Below are positions 1 through 10,640 of a stretch of 47,642 nt of DNA, piece by piece. The notes under the pieces were generated by a model. It ran no database searches. It was not told where the DNA came from and was given only the letters and a program-made list of their open reading frames with translations. Numbering within the stretch: position 1 is the stretch's first letter; every line of letters starts with the position of its first letter. Source of the DNA: Candidatus Iainarchaeum sp. (GTDB lineage Archaea; Iainarchaeota; Iainarchaeia; Iainarchaeales; JAFCCW01); the NCBI GenBank assembly GCA_017609985.1, contig JAFCCW010000012.1, forward strand, positions 1 to 47,642, in the 5' to 3' direction. The position numbers and the translations under genes are program-made.

Positions 1-125
1 TGGTTAACAGTCAGCTTCGCCCTGTAATCCCAGTCAGTGTTGTACCATCCTGCGTGAAAACAGGGAATCAGGAGTAAGAGAAACAGAAATATTAACCATG
101 TGTTTCTAGGTGGAAAAAACCCCAT
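1..125 (-). CDS. Secreted/surface protein, N-terminal part, DUF2341-like start (runs off window edge)
   Basis: Manual translation from ATG at 125: MGFFPPRNTWLIFLFLLLLIPCFHAGWYNTDWDYRAKLTVN. Signal peptide followed by a W-x5-W-x-YR-x2-(L/I)T(V/I) motif. Confidence 0.6.
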   Translation of the reverse strand, partial: MGFFPPRNTWLIFLFLLLLIPCFHAGWYNTDWDYRAKLTVN

Positions 126-214
126 TAAAAACCCCCAAATATAATAAAATTAGACTATATATACATTGCGCATAATCAAGCCTGCAAAAAGGTTTTGGAA
201 TGCAAAAACAGAAT

Positions 215-421
215 TTAGCGTTTCTTTGCAGCAAGCTTTATGTCTTCGCCAGTGATTGTTTTTCTCTTCGCATGCTTGGAAAAAACAGCTGCTTCCTGTG
301 CTATTTTGATTCCATCTTCTTCAAGGATTTCAGAGAGAACTTCTGCTGCTGACTCACTTACTCTCAAACCGCCAGCTTTCCTAATAATTCTGTCAACCGC
401 TGCTAAAGGTAATTCACCCAT
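215..421 (-). CDS. Archaeal histone (HMf family)
   Basis: [25 protein letters not shown]...[15 protein letters not shown] histone fold. GGAGG RBS precedes the ATG at 421. Confidence 0.95.
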   Translation of the reverse strand: MGELPLAAVDRIIRKAGGLRVSESAAEVLSEILEEDGIKIAQEAAVFSKHAKRKTITGEDIKLAAKKR

Positions 422-674
422 AAAAACAACCTCCGAATGCTCTTTTTTCAAAAAAGAGACTTAATAGAATTATAAACAAAGAAATATTTAAATATTACGA
501 TTTATTAGGCAAAAAAACCACAAAAACTATTTTAATAAGAAAAAAGAGTTTAATTCAAGTTATTTAGGCGAAAGAATGTTTCAAAACCTCATCCGGACAA
601 ACAAAGCAGAACCAAGTCTAAAAAAAGAATAAAACCCATTACTGCTTTAAAAACAGCGCAACAAAAAGTATTCA

Positions 675-2945
675 ATGCAGGAAAAAAAATTTGTAAACCA
701 CTCTCTTGTCAAAAAAGACCTTGTTGAACAAAGGCTTTACCAAGAAATTCTGGCTGCGAGAATTGTTGACAAGGGAAACAGTCTTGTTGTTGCACCAACT
801 GCTCTGGGAAAAACAATTGTTGGTGTTTTGCTTTCCGCGCATCTTCTCAAATCACAGAAAGGAAACAATGGCAAGATTTTGTTCATGGCTCCAACAAAGC
901 CTCTTGCAGTTCAGCACATGAAGACTTTCAGGAATCTAATGGAAGTTGATGATGAGAGCATTCAGATTATGACTGGAACAACCAGCCCAAAGGAAAGAAA
1001 GGAAATTTGGGAACAGTCAACAATAATCTGTGCTACTCCACAGACAATTGAAAACGATTTGATTACTGGAAGAATTACGATGGAGGATGTTTTGCTCTCT
1101 GTTTTTGATGAAGCGCACAGAGCAGTGGGAGACTATGCCTATGTTTTCATTGCAAGGCAGTATATGAGCAAGGGATTGAATCCATTGATTGTTGGTCTTA
1201 CAGCTTCTCCTGGAAGCGAACAGGAAAGAATTCAGGATGTCTGCAAAAACCTGTTCATTAAAAACATTGAAATAAAGTCTGAAGAAGACGAGGATGTAAA
1301 GCCATACACTAACGAGATAGATGTGCAGTGGACTGGAGTTATTTTGCCAAGCGAGTTTACAGAGATTGGAAACGAGTTAGCAAAGTTTATGCAAAAACAA
1401 GCAGAGGTCTTGAGAAAAATAAGAATTGTCAAAAAAGCTAATGCTCGTTCGATTTCAAAAAGAGAAATTCTTGCAATGCAACAGGAAATCAGAAAAAAGA
1501 TTGCTGTGTCCGGGGGAAGCCAACCAGCTCTTTATGTTGCTGCTTCAAAGGCAGCAGGGCTTCTCAAAGCAAACCATGCTCTGCTTTTGCTGGAAACTCA
1601 GGGAATTCCTCCGCTAAAAGAATATCTTGAAAAAATTGAGAAAGAGGGAACAAGGGGAGCGAGTTCAAAAGCAGTCAAGGCAATGTCAAAGGATGAAAAT
1701 TTTTTGAAGGCTTTGAGGCTAACAAGAATACTGGACAGAAAAAATATAATTCACCCGAAGCTTGATGAATTAAAAAAAGTGTTAAGCAGTCAGGTTAAGG
1801 AAAACAAGGAAAGCAGAATTCTTGTCTTCAATCATTACAGGGATTCAGTGAAAAGAGTTACTGAAGAATTGAACAAATGTGAGGGAATCAGAGCAGAGCA
1901 ATTCATTGGACAGGCTGCAAAAGTTTCAGGCAAGGGAATGAGCCAAAAAGAACAAATTGCCCGTGTAAAAGAATTTGAAGAAGGAAAGTTTAACGTGCTT
2001 GTCGCAAGCAGTGTTGCAGAAGAAGGACTTGATATTCCGGCAGTAGATCTTGTTGTATTCTACGAGCCGGTTCCAAGCGAGATTAGAACAATTCAGAGAA
2101 GGGGAAGAACGGGAAGAAAAGAAAAAGGAAAAGCATTGATTCTCATGGCAAGGGGAACGAGGGACGAGGCATTTTACTGGGCAGCAAAGGGAAAGGAAAA
2201 GCGAATGAAGAACACACTTAGAGAGATGAAGGGAGGAAAAAGGAAGCTTGATAATCAAACAACACTCTTCAAGTTTGACGAAAAAGAAGAAGAAGAGATT
2301 TTGATTTATGTGGATTCAAGAGAACAGGCAAGCACTGTTTCAAAAGAGCTGAAGAGAAAAGGATGCTTTATTAAAACAAAAATGCTAGAGGTGAGTGACT
2401 ATATTCTTTCAGACAAGGTTGCAGTGGAGAGAAAAACTGTTGAAGACTTTCTCTCAAGCCTTGTTGACGGAAGGCTATTCAACCAGCTCGCATATCTTGC
2501 AGAAAATTTTGAAAAACCACTTGTTGTTCTTGAAGGAAACCCAAGCGAACTATTTACTCTGAGAAATATTCACAAGAACGCAATACTGGGAGCAATGTCA
2601 TCTATTGCACTGAACTATCGGGTGCCAGTTTTGTTCACAGCAGACGGAAGGGAAACAGCAGAGCTTTTGTACGTGATTGCAAAAAGAGAACAACAGGGAA
2701 GCGACAGAGAGATTTCGTTAAGAGTTGGCAAGAAAGGATTAACTATTGAAGAACAACAGCAGTTTCTTGTGGAAAGCATTCCAATGGTTGGACCAAATCT
2801 GGCAAAATCTCTTTTGAAGCATTTCAAAAGCATTAAGGCAATAGCAAACGCAGACCAGAAAGAGTTAAAGGAAGTTGAAAAGTTAGGGAAGAAAAAAGCA
2901 GAAAAAATAAAGAAGCTATTCAATGCAGAATACAAGGAAAAGTGA
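675..2945 (+). CDS. hef: Hef helicase/nuclease (FANCM/Mph1-like SF2 helicase + ERCC4 nuclease + HhH)
   Basis: APTALGKT, DEAH, TAS, QRRGRTGR helicase motifs. C-terminal VDSRE / ERKT ERCC4 motifs and helix-hairpin-helix. Confidence 0.95.
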   Translation: MQEKKFVNHSLVKKDLVEQRLYQEILAARIVDKGNSLVVAPTALGKTIVGVLLSAHLLKSQKGNNGKILFMAPTKPLAVQHMKTFRNLMEVDDESIQIMTGTTSPKERKEIWEQSTIICATPQTIENDLITGRITMEDVLLSVFDEAHRAVGDYAYVFIARQYMSKGLNPLIVGLTASPGSEQERIQDVCKNLFIKNIEIKSEEDEDVKPYTNEIDVQWTGVILPSEFTEIGNELAKFMQKQAEVLRKIRIVKKANARSISKREILAMQQEIRKKIAVSGGSQPALYVAASKAAGLLKANHALLLLETQGIPPLKEYLEKIEKEGTRGASSKAVKAMSKDENFLKALRLTRILDRKNIIHPKLDELKKVLSSQVKENKESRILVFNHYRDSVKRVTEELNKCEGIRAEQFIGQAAKVSGKGMSQKEQIARVKEFEEGKFNVLVASSVAEEGLDIPAVDLVVFYEPVPSEIRTIQRRGRTGRKEKGKALILMARGTRDEAFYWAAKGKEKRMKNTLREMKGGKRKLDNQTTLFKFDEKEEEEILIYVDSREQASTVSKELKRKGCFIKTKMLEVSDYILSDKVAVERKTVEDFLSSLVDGRLFNQLAYLAENFEKPLVVLEGNPSELFTLRNIHKNAILGAMSSIALNYRVPVLFTADGRETAELLYVIAKREQQGSDREISLRVGKKGLTIEEQQQFLVESIPMVGPNLAKSLLKHFKSIKAIANADQKELKEVEKLGKKKAEKIKKLFNAEYKEK

Positions 2946-2998
2946 ATTGAAGAAAAAGAAAAGTAAATTGCATGCAGTGATTGCAGAACAAAGAAAAA

Positions 2999-4402
2999 TT
3001 AGTTATAGAAAAACAGTTTTGCTGAGTCAGAGGAATAAATATTGTGAACAAAAGAACAGTCTGCTTCAAGCAAACCATTTTTCACGGTTTCAGAAAAAAG
3101 CCATTTTTTTCCTGCAAAAGAATGTGTCAAGCCCCACCTATTCACAATCTCTGAAATTTTTTCACAATCAGATGACTGAAACAGGGTTTTAGAGTCAGCA
3201 TTTCTTTCTTCAAGCTGGGGAGCAAATTCAAAATAGCCGTCGACCAAAACCTGTCTTGAAGAAAAATAAGTTATTGGGTGGCCATAATCCCAGATGCTTG
3301 CGACAACCGAGCTCGGCAGAGAATTGTCGCCAAGCCAGGATAAAGCAGAACGGTCAGAAGAAGAAGTAAATTTGTTAAAAGAAGTCAGAGTAAAAACAAG
3401 CGAAGAAACAGCGAGCAGAAAAATAAGCATGTAAAAAAACTTTTTTCTTGAAACAGTTTTTGAAGAAGTAAATGAAAGACCCCTGCCAGCAACAATTGCT
3501 GCCGGAAGAGAAAAGAAAAGCAACAAGCGAGTACTGAACAAACCATAGATAAAAGAAAAACCAAACCAGAATTTCAAGAAATATTTTTTTGGAACAAATT
3601 TCAAACCAAGCAGAATAAAAATCCAGGAAAAAAGCAGTAACCTAATCATTGACAGAATCGAAGGAGAAGACATTTCACTTGATTCAAGGGATGTGGAAGA
3701 AAGATAACTTTCAATTGGAAGAGAAAACCAAGCAAGCCAACCGACAAAGAGCAGAAAGGGGATAAAGATAATTGGAAAAATTTGAGTAATCCATTTTCCT
3801 GTTTTGAATCTTTGAAAAACAATCCAGCCAACAAGAAATAAGTAGAGGTACATTGCAGAGAGCGGGTGCAATAAAACCTGTGCAGAGGAAAGAATAGTTG
3901 CCGAAAAATATTTTTTTCTAAAAACAAGGAAGAGAACTGCAGGAACAATGAGAAGAGAGAGGCTGTCAGGTCTTGCATAGGAAGCAGTTCTTGCAATATG
4001 AAGCCCCATTAGTGCAAGAGAAAAAGCAGAGAACAAAGCAGTTTTTTCTCCAAAGAGTCTCTTAGCAAAGCAATAGACAATCAGAACAGTCATCGTGCCG
4101 TATAGTGCAGGCAATAGCATTGCAAGCAAGTCAATTGGAATCGCAGTAAAAAGGAAAAGAAAAGCAAACAGTATATGGAATTCCGGAGCATAACTGTATT
4201 GCCTGCCCTGCATTGAAAGAGAGTCAAAATCAGGAATTGAGAATTCTGAGACAACTAGTTCAGACATGCGAATATGAAAGAGCGGATCAGGACCCTTAAA
4301 AGAATCAATCGCAAGAGGCGCTATCCTGATGGAAAAAGCAAGCAAGAGAATAAGAACAAGCATAAGAGTTTTTTTGGAAACAGAAAAATTAGAGAGAAAC
4401 AA
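2999..4402 (-). CDS. STT3/AglB-like membrane glycosyltransferase (GT-C fold), short form; start uncertain
   Basis: Multiple TM helices, N-terminal GPDPLFHIR (DPxxHxR) loop, SIWDYGH resembling the WWDYG motif. Confidence 0.75.
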   Translation of the reverse strand: MFLSNFSVSKKTLMLVLILLLAFSIRIAPLAIDSFKGPDPLFHIRMSELVVSEFSIPDFDSLSMQGRQYSYAPEFHILFAFLFLFTAIPIDLLAMLLPALYGTMTVLIVYCFAKRLFGEKTALFSAFSLALMGLHIARTASYARPDSLSLLIVPAVLFLVFRKKYFSATILSSAQVLLHPLSAMYLYLFLVGWIVFQRFKTGKWITQIFPIIFIPFLLFVGWLAWFSLPIESYLSSTSLESSEMSSPSILSMIRLLLFSWIFILLGLKFVPKKYFLKFWFGFSFIYGLFSTRLLLFFSLPAAIVAGRGLSFTSSKTVSRKKFFYMLIFLLAVSSLVFTLTSFNKFTSSSDRSALSWLGDNSLPSSVVASIWDYGHPITYFSSRQVLVDGYFEFAPQLEERNADSKTLFQSSDCEKISEIVNRWGLTHSFAGKKWLFSETVKNGLLEADCSFVHNIYSSDSAKLFFYN

Positions 4403-4937
4403 GCGCAACCCGCTCCAAGACAGCTTTCTCCAAAGCAACAAATTTTTCAGAATTTAATGCAGAAAGTTCGTTGTCGGAAATATCAAAAAATTTCTGAATC
4501 TTTTTGAAATTCTTTTGAAGAGCTTTTTCAAAAAGAGCTTGCTGTTCACAAAAAGAAAACTCTTCCTTCAAGAAATCAAGAGCAGAGGAAATCTCTTCGA
4601 CAGAATCACAATAGATTACTACAGCTACATTGTTTTCTCCGTTCACTAAACTGGCGCTGGAAATAGCATTTCCAATCTGTTTTGTTCCAAGCAACCTTGA
4701 CAAAAACTCAAGCGAAAGATTTGAAGAAAAATTTTCCCCTGATTCAAACGCAGACAGTGACTGGCTGAGAGCAAACTGAAGTTGAGTCTCAGAAACCACC
4801 AGAGAGAGAGGAACAAGCTGAATAAAGGAAGGAGGAGAAAAAAAACACAAAGCTTTTTTAATGCTTGTATCCACATTACTAACATCTACATTGCCTGTTT
4901 TTATGGAAACAAGTCTTTTATCGATGTGTTTTTTCAT
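4389..4937 (-). CDS. cgi121: KEOPS complex subunit Cgi121
   Basis: True start MKKHIDK at 4937. NLSLEFLSRLLGTKQIGNAI and C-terminal LEKAVLERVALV match Cgi121 conserved segments. Confidence 0.8.
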   Translation of the reverse strand: MKKHIDKRLVSIKTGNVDVSNVDTSIKKALCFFSPPSFIQLVPLSLVVSETQLQFALSQSLSAFESGENFSSNLSLEFLSRLLGTKQIGNAISSASLVNGENNVAVVIYCDSVEEISSALDFLKEEFSFCEQQALFEKALQKNFKKIQKFFDISDNELSALNSEKFVALEKAVLERVALVSL

Positions 4938-4979
4938 AAAACAATTTGGCAAGAAAACCATTAAAAAATCGGTGTTTGA

Positions 4980-5390
4980 ATGACTCAATGGCATGAAAGA
5001 ACTGAACGAAAAATAAGCGGCGGAATACGCTATGCAAAAAACCGCTGTACAAAAAAGAAGGCTTGGATGGGCAGAGACTTTACTGCTACAAAATTGGCTG
5101 AAGAAAACGATGAAGGAAAGTCCACAATAACCAAGGGAAGAGGGCACAGTCAGAAAACCAAGCAAAAAACAGCAAAATTTGCAAACGTAACTGATAAAAA
5201 GTCAGGAAAAACATCAAAAGCGGAGATTTTGGAAGTAATTGAAAACGAAGCAGACCGACATTTTGTTAGACGAAATATTGTAACCAGGGGAGCAGTAATT
5301 GCAATAGAGGTTGACGGCAAACAGAAAAAAGCAAGAGTTATGTCACGGCCAGGGCAAAGCGGGCTTCCAGAAGCTATTCTTATAGAATAA
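4980..5390 (+). CDS. rps8e: 30S ribosomal protein S8e
   Basis: MTQWH..RKISGG, NIVTRGAVI, ARVMSRPGQSG motifs. Confidence 0.95.
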   Translation: MTQWHERTERKISGGIRYAKNRCTKKKAWMGRDFTATKLAEENDEGKSTITKGRGHSQKTKQKTAKFANVTDKKSGKTSKAEILEVIENEADRHFVRRNIVTRGAVIAIEVDGKQKKARVMSRPGQSGLPEAILIE

Positions 5391-5573
5391 GGCTTGTATT
5401 GCTTGAATTCTGGTTTTTAGCTATTTTTTATAAAAAACCCAAGCATACGAAAGATTTATAAATGATGGGTGCTGCAATTCATATAGAATACTTATTTCTT
5501 GGACATCTTAAAAAAAGTGACACAATCGTGGCTTTTGAGCCAAGAATCTAAAAAACTTGTTGTAGGTGATTGA

Positions 5574-6482
5574 ATGTCTGAAGGAAAATGCCCAGAGTGT
5601 GGAAGCAAAAAGATAAAAAAAGACAATGAGAGAGGAGAACTTGTTTGCGAATCTTGCGGACTTATTATTGACGCAGATGACATAGACCTGGGAAAAGAAT
5701 GGAGATCATTTGACAGCGACCAGTTTGAAAAAAGAGCAAGAACCGGAAGCCCAATGAAGTATGTCAAGCTAAACAAGGGTCTTGTGACCATGATTGACAG
5801 ACGCGGAACAGACATGAGAGGAAACAAGCTGAGCTCAAAAAGCAGAGCACAGATGTACAGACTTATTAAATGGCATAAAAGAGCAAGCATTAGTTCAAGC
5901 ATGCAGAGAAATCTAAGCATTGCACTAACTGAACTGAGAAGAGTTGCAAGCTATTTGAACATCCCTGAAAGCCTGGTTGAAGCAGCAGCATTGCTTTACA
6001 GAAAAACAGTTAAAAAAGGGCTAATTAGAGGAAGACTTATTGAAGCAGTTGTTGCAGCCGTGCTTTACACAGTGTGCAGAACATACCATGTTCCAAGAAC
6101 ACTGAACGAGATGGCTGAAGCAAGCGGTCTCACCAAAAAAGAAATTGGAAGAACCTACAGATTCCTTGTGAGGGAATTAAACATTGAGGTTCCTTTGACA
6201 AATCCAATCCATTATATTCCAAGATTTGCAAGTGAGCTGAATCTGAGCGGAGAAGTCCAGGAAAAGGGAAGAGAAATTGTTGAAGAAGCAATCGAAGAAG
6301 GACTAATCTCAGGAAGAGGGCCAACCGGCGTGGCAGCAGCAGCTGTGTACATTGCTGGATTGCTCAAGGGCGAGAGAAGAACTCAGAAAGAAGTTGCAAA
6401 TGTTGCTGGAGTGACTGAAGTCACAATCAGGAACAGGTATCGCGAGCTCAAGAAAGAGCTTGGAATTGATGTGGCAGCCTAG
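5574..6482 (+). CDS. tfb: Transcription initiation factor IIB (TFB)
   Basis: CPECGS...CESCG zinc ribbon, EWRSF B-reader, two cyclin repeats, [13 protein letters not shown]. Confidence 0.97.
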   Translation: MSEGKCPECGSKKIKKDNERGELVCESCGLIIDADDIDLGKEWRSFDSDQFEKRARTGSPMKYVKLNKGLVTMIDRRGTDMRGNKLSSKSRAQMYRLIKWHKRASISSSMQRNLSIALTELRRVASYLNIPESLVEAAALLYRKTVKKGLIRGRLIEAVVAAVLYTVCRTYHVPRTLNEMAEASGLTKKEIGRTYRFLVRELNIEVPLTNPIHYIPRFASELNLSGEVQEKGREIVEEAIEEGLISGRGPTGVAAAAVYIAGLLKGERRTQKEVANVAGVTEVTIRNRYRELKKELGIDVAA

Positions 6483-6559
6483 CGGCTACTTCGCTGGTTA
6501 AAGCCATCAACTTTCTATTTTTATTTAGTTCTACAGGCTTCGTCTTCTTATAGAGAAGA

Positions 6560-7213
6560 ATGATTATCGCTGGAGTTGACGAAGCAGGAAGAGGGCCAGT
6601 TCTTGGACCCATGGTTTTGGGAGTTGCAGTTATTGAAAAAAGAAATGAAGAAATTTTGAAAGAAATCGGAGCAAAGGACTCCAAGCTTATTCCCTATGAC
6701 AAAAGAGGAATGCTTTGCGAAAAAATCAAAGAACAGCTTATAGAATTCAAAACATCGCATGTTTTAACAGAGGAACTAAACGAGTTAATGAAAAGAAAAA
6801 GCTTGAATGAAATTGAAGCAATGAGAATAGGAGAAACATTGAATGCTTTAGAGAACAAGCCGGAAATGGTTTTTGTTGACTGCCCTGACGCAACAGAGAA
6901 AAGTTTTGTGAGAAGGCTTCGAAAGTATCTGTCCTTCAATCCAAAAATAAGATCAGAGCACAAAGCAGACTACAAGTATCCTGTTGTTTCAGCAGCATCA
7001 ATTATTGCAAAGGTTGAAAGAGACGAGGCAATCGAAGAAATGAAAAAAGAGTTCGGGGAAATAGGCTCAGGATACTCGCACGACGAGGTCACGATTAGTT
7101 TTTTAAAGAAATGGATTGATAAGAATAAATCCCTGCCAAGGATTGCAAGAACTGAATGGGAAACAAGCAGGAGAATGCTAGGAGACTGCTTTCAAAAAAA
7201 GCTAGGTGAATAA
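6560..7213 (+). CDS. rnhB: Ribonuclease HII
   Basis: GVDEAGRGPVLGP, KDSK, VSAASIIAKVERD, GSGY motifs. Confidence 0.96.
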   Translation: MIIAGVDEAGRGPVLGPMVLGVAVIEKRNEEILKEIGAKDSKLIPYDKRGMLCEKIKEQLIEFKTSHVLTEELNELMKRKSLNEIEAMRIGETLNALENKPEMVFVDCPDATEKSFVRRLRKYLSFNPKIRSEHKADYKYPVVSAASIIAKVERDEAIEEMKKEFGEIGSGYSHDEVTISFLKKWIDKNKSLPRIARTEWETSRRMLGDCFQKKLGE

Positions 7214-7853
7214 AATGGACTTTTGGAAAAAGAAAAAAAAAGATGAAGAAGCAGAAAAAGAACCTGATAAAACTCAGGACAGAAAAATTGAAAAAATTCC
7301 AATCCACAAAAGACAAGAAATTCCCACAGAAAACCCAATAAGAAGAATGAACAGGATGGATGACCCATTTAATTTTTTCTCAGACATTGACGGCATGGAC
7401 AAAATGTTCAGAGAACTAATGAAGGGATTCTCAAGAATGGATATGAGTCAGGGCGGCGAAATGGGACAACCAGCAAAATATGGATTCACAATCAAGATAG
7501 GCCCACAGGGAGAACCAAAATTTGAAGAATTTGGAAACGTTAAAAGAATGGAAGGAAAACCAGTTGTAGCAAACAAGACAGAGCCATTAGTGGATGTTAA
7601 CAGCAAGGGAAACGAGATAACAATTACTGCGGAAATGCCAGGCGTAGAAAAAAAAGACCTAGAAGTAAGAACAGAAGGAAGCATGAAGGTTATTATTTCA
7701 ACAGAAAAAGGAAAAAATTCTTATTACAAGGAAATTGAATTAAAAGAAGAAGTTGTTGAAGGCAGTGCAAAAGCAAAATTTAACAACGGAATACTTGAAG
7801 TAACACTCAAGAAAAAGAATCCAAAGAAAGGAACAAGTGTTAAAATAGAATAA
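7206..7853 (+). CDS. hsp20: Small heat shock protein Hsp20 (archaeal type)
   Basis: EPLVDV...AEMPGVEK...AKFNNGILEVTL alpha-crystallin domain and C-terminal VKIE motif. Confidence 0.92.
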   Translation: MNKMDFWKKKKKDEEAEKEPDKTQDRKIEKIPIHKRQEIPTENPIRRMNRMDDPFNFFSDIDGMDKMFRELMKGFSRMDMSQGGEMGQPAKYGFTIKIGPQGEPKFEEFGNVKRMEGKPVVANKTEPLVDVNSKGNEITITAEMPGVEKKDLEVRTEGSMKVIISTEKGKNSYYKEIELKEEVVEGSAKAKFNNGILEVTLKKKNPKKGTSVKIE

Positions 7854-7883
7854 CAGCAAATAGAATAACAGCAAATAGAATAA
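7843..7883. repeat. Tandem repeat, 15-bp unit AAATAGAATAACAGC x~2.7
   Basis: Copies start at 7843, 7858 and 7873 (partial). The first includes the hsp20 stop codon. Confidence 0.85.
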
Positions 7884-7915
7884 AAATATTCCTAAATAAA
7901 AAAAATCAAAGAAAG

Positions 7916-8392
7916 TTATTCCTCTTTTTTCTTCAAACCAGATTCACCAAAATACTCCATAAACTTTTTTGTGGTCTGAAGAATAAAAGTGCGTCCGCGC
8001 GGAATCCTAATAATAAAACCTTCTTCTTCAAGCTGATGCACGTGATCATATGCTTTGTTGTTTCTGTACTTTATTACCATACTCTGTCTTATTGGTTGCT
8101 TGAAAGCAATAAGTGCAAGAGTTTTCATTACACCTTCATTAAACTTGCTTTCCGCAGCATAGTCTGAAGCAATTGCTTCAAGCTCTGGCTTAATTCGCAT
8201 TGCATAGCTTCCGCTGTTCTCAATTATTTCCATTGCACGCCCTAAAGAATTAAACTCAGACATTAGTTCCTCGGCAACAAGCTGAGCATCCGCAGAAGTT
8301 TTTGTGCCTGTAACTCGCTTGACTTCCTCTAACTCAAGAGAAGTCGGACTCATAAAAAGAGCTGCTTCAAGACTAAGTTTTGCTTCCTGCAT
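7916..8392 (-). CDS. scpB: SMC-Scp complex subunit ScpB
   Basis: Start MQEAKLSLEAALF at 8392. KTLALIAFKQPI and TTKKFMEYFG are typical ScpB motifs. Confidence 0.92.
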   Translation of the reverse strand: MQEAKLSLEAALFMSPTSLELEEVKRVTGTKTSADAQLVAEELMSEFNSLGRAMEIIENSGSYAMRIKPELEAIASDYAAESKFNEGVMKTLALIAFKQPIRQSMVIKYRNNKAYDHVHQLEEEGFIIRIPRGRTFILQTTKKFMEYFGESGLKKKEE

Positions 8393-8474
8393 ATCAATAA
8401 TAGAAGAAAAAGAAATATAAAAGCTTGACGCAAGGCCAAGAAAATAAAAAATTGGAAAAGAGAGCAGAGGCTTG

Positions 8475-8837
8475 TTAAGAGAAAGAAATAAGACTTCCTT
8501 TCTCAAGTTCTTCCGCTGAAACTCCTTCAATGCTTAAACCAACAGTCATTCCTCTTTTTGCAGAGCTTGTTCTATGATATTTGCAATTCAAGTCCTTTAC
8601 GGTAAAACTTTTTCCGTTAAGTTCGCCCTTCATTCCTTTTGAAACCTGTCCTGAGACAATTTCACCGACAACATAAATTTCCGGGTCTCCAAAAAACCTG
8701 CTGACTTTTTTAATGCAAAGCTTGTTTTTTTCCCAAGGATAAATCTGAATGTTGTCCTGAGGAGCAACGATTTCAATTTCTGATTGATTCCCTCTTCCTT
8801 CCCCGAATGTTAATGTAATCAAACTCATATTTCTCAC
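8475..8837 (-). CDS. Hypothetical protein, EF-Tu domain II-like beta-barrel
   Basis: VVGEIVSGQVSKGM...AKRGMTVGLSIEGVSAEELEKG resembles translation factor domain II. There is no G domain. Confidence 0.6.
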   Translation of the reverse strand: MRNMSLITLTFGEGRGNQSEIEIVAPQDNIQIYPWEKNKLCIKKVSRFFGDPEIYVVGEIVSGQVSKGMKGELNGKSFTVKDLNCKYHRTSSAKRGMTVGLSIEGVSAEELEKGSLISFS

Positions 8838-8996
8838 TCCATCCCTGTTTCTTAAAGGCAGAGTATCTATTGCACAAAGTAGTTAATAGCCCTGAAGTTT
8901 ACGCAATCCAAACCAATTATTATGTAGCAAATTTGGAAACTGAACTCTTGGTTTTGAGAAGCAAAATCTTTTAACAAGAAAAGACATTGTAATTGC

Positions 8997-9746
8997 ATGG
9001 AACAAGAATTTGCATCAGTAGAAATAATTGAATTTGGAAAAAAAGACTTAAAGGGCTACACTCTCTTGCTCGGGTTTCCAGGAATGGGGCTTGTGGGCAC
9101 GATTGTTGCAAAATATTTAATGGAAAAAATTAGTTTCAAAAAATTTGGTTATATTAAGTCAAATATTTTTGTTCCGATTCTGAGAGTAAGAGAAGGAAAA
9201 CCAATTTATCCGTCAAGACTGTTTATTGACGAAAAAAGCAAGATTGTTCTGATTCAGAGCGAACAAATTATCCCAAGCAAATTCAAAGACGATTTTGCAA
9301 GAGCAATTGCTGACTGGGTTAAGAAAAAGAAAATCTCAAAAGTTGTTTCAGGAAATGGAATCAGAACAATGGATATGGGAGACAAACGAAAAGTATACTA
9401 TGTGACAACAAATGACAGGACAAAAAAATTTCTTGAAAAAGCTGGAGCAGAATCAATAAAGGAAGGGATTGTTTCAGGACTTGACTCTCTTGTTCTCCTA
9501 GAACTCAAGGAAACAAATATTGATGCTTACTCTCTGCTTGGAGAAATAAACCAAAAAGCAGACTATGACGCAGCAGTGGCAGTGCTCAAAGTAATCAACA
9601 ATATCTCAAATCTCAAAATCAGCATCAAACCACTTGAAAAAGAAGCAGAAACTGCAAAAAAAGAGCTGACACAGTTTCTTGAAAACCTAAAAAAGACACA
9701 CAGCGAAGTAGAAAAACTTGAGAGCCAGACTCCAACAACCACCTAA
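8997..9746 (+). CDS. Proteasome assembly chaperone family protein (PAC2)
   Basis: GFPGMGLVGTI N-terminal motif and a C-terminal coiled tail. Confidence 0.88.
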   Translation: MEQEFASVEIIEFGKKDLKGYTLLLGFPGMGLVGTIVAKYLMEKISFKKFGYIKSNIFVPILRVREGKPIYPSRLFIDEKSKIVLIQSEQIIPSKFKDDFARAIADWVKKKKISKVVSGNGIRTMDMGDKRKVYYVTTNDRTKKFLEKAGAESIKEGIVSGLDSLVLLELKETNIDAYSLLGEINQKADYDAAVAVLKVINNISNLKISIKPLEKEAETAKKELTQFLENLKKTHSEVEKLESQTPTTT

Positions 9747-9817
9747 AAAAAAGCAGACAGTTCAACAAAGCAAAAACAACAACAGCATAAAAAATAGCAT
9801 GACAAAGCAAAAAAAAG

Positions 9818-10156
9818 GTGAATCAAATGGAAATCGAAGAAATCGAATTTGAAGAACTAAAAGAAAAACTAGATGCGGGAAAACTTCAGTTGATTGATGT
9901 AATGCCTGCAGAATACTTCAAAAAACAGCATATTGCTGGAGCAAAAAATATTCCACTGATTGAATTAAGAGAACGACTTGGAGAAATAAAAAAAGATAAA
10001 GAAAAGGAAATAGTGCTTTACTGCAAAGACTATGGTTGCGGGTCAAGCAAGACAGGTGCAAAAATTCTTTCACAACTCGGATTTGAAAACGTGAAGAAAT
10101 ATTCCGGAGGACTCAAAGACTGGGCAGAAAAAGGCGGAGCTGTTAAAAGCAGTTAG
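9818..10156 (+). CDS. Rhodanese-like domain protein
   Basis: LIDV, HIAGAKNIP, IVLYC, YSGGLKDW motifs. Confidence 0.9.
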   Translation: MNQMEIEEIEFEELKEKLDAGKLQLIDVMPAEYFKKQHIAGAKNIPLIELRERLGEIKKDKEKEIVLYCKDYGCGSSKTGAKILSQLGFENVKKYSGGLKDWAEKGGAVKSS

Positions 10157-10620
10157 CGGTTTCTTATCTCGTCCATCATCTCAAACTTGTCCTTATCAAT
10201 GCGCGGACGATAAAAGTTAGACATTTCAAAAAACAAGATGACTGATGCAAGAAACAAAACAGCTAATTCAATTAGTCCAAGAAAAACATTGAAAAAATAA
10301 AAGCCAACAAGATTTATCACAAAAACAAGCTGAACTATTCTGGCAGCCCAAACACTCATTCTAAAAGTATAATAAGCCATTCCAGCCCAGAAAAAAGCTA
10401 TTCCAAACTGTATCAAAGTTAAAATCCCTGATGAAAAAAACAAGTCTGCCTGAAGCTGAAGAGCATAAGCTTCAAAAATAAAAAGCAGAGCAGAGAAAAA
10501 ATGTACAACTCCAAGAACAGAAAAAGTAAGACCACAGACAGCAGCAATAACAGTCACATCTAATTTTTCAACATCCTCAGACTTCTTTTTTATTTTGACA
10601 CGCATGATAAAACAACCCAA
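10153..10620 (-). CDS. Hypothetical membrane protein (about 4 TM helices)
   Basis: Four hydrophobic segments with charged termini. Start may be the later Met (MRVKIKKK). Confidence 0.7.
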   Translation of the reverse strand: MGCFIMRVKIKKKSEDVEKLDVTVIAAVCGLTFSVLGVVHFFSALLFIFEAYALQLQADLFFSSGILTLIQFGIAFFWAGMAYYTFRMSVWAARIVQLVFVINLVGFYFFNVFLGLIELAVLFLASVILFFEMSNFYRPRIDKDKFEMMDEIRNR

Positions 10621-10640
10621 ATTGAGATATTTAATAATTG

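Noticed and set aside
4938-5165. N-terminal extension of the Cgi121 ORF
   Set aside because: Largely antisense to rps8e. The true start is at 4937.
5462-5551. 29-codon ORF upstream of tfb
   Set aside because: Its ATG overlaps the likely TATA box of the tfb promoter, it has no RBS, and it shows no recognisable motif.
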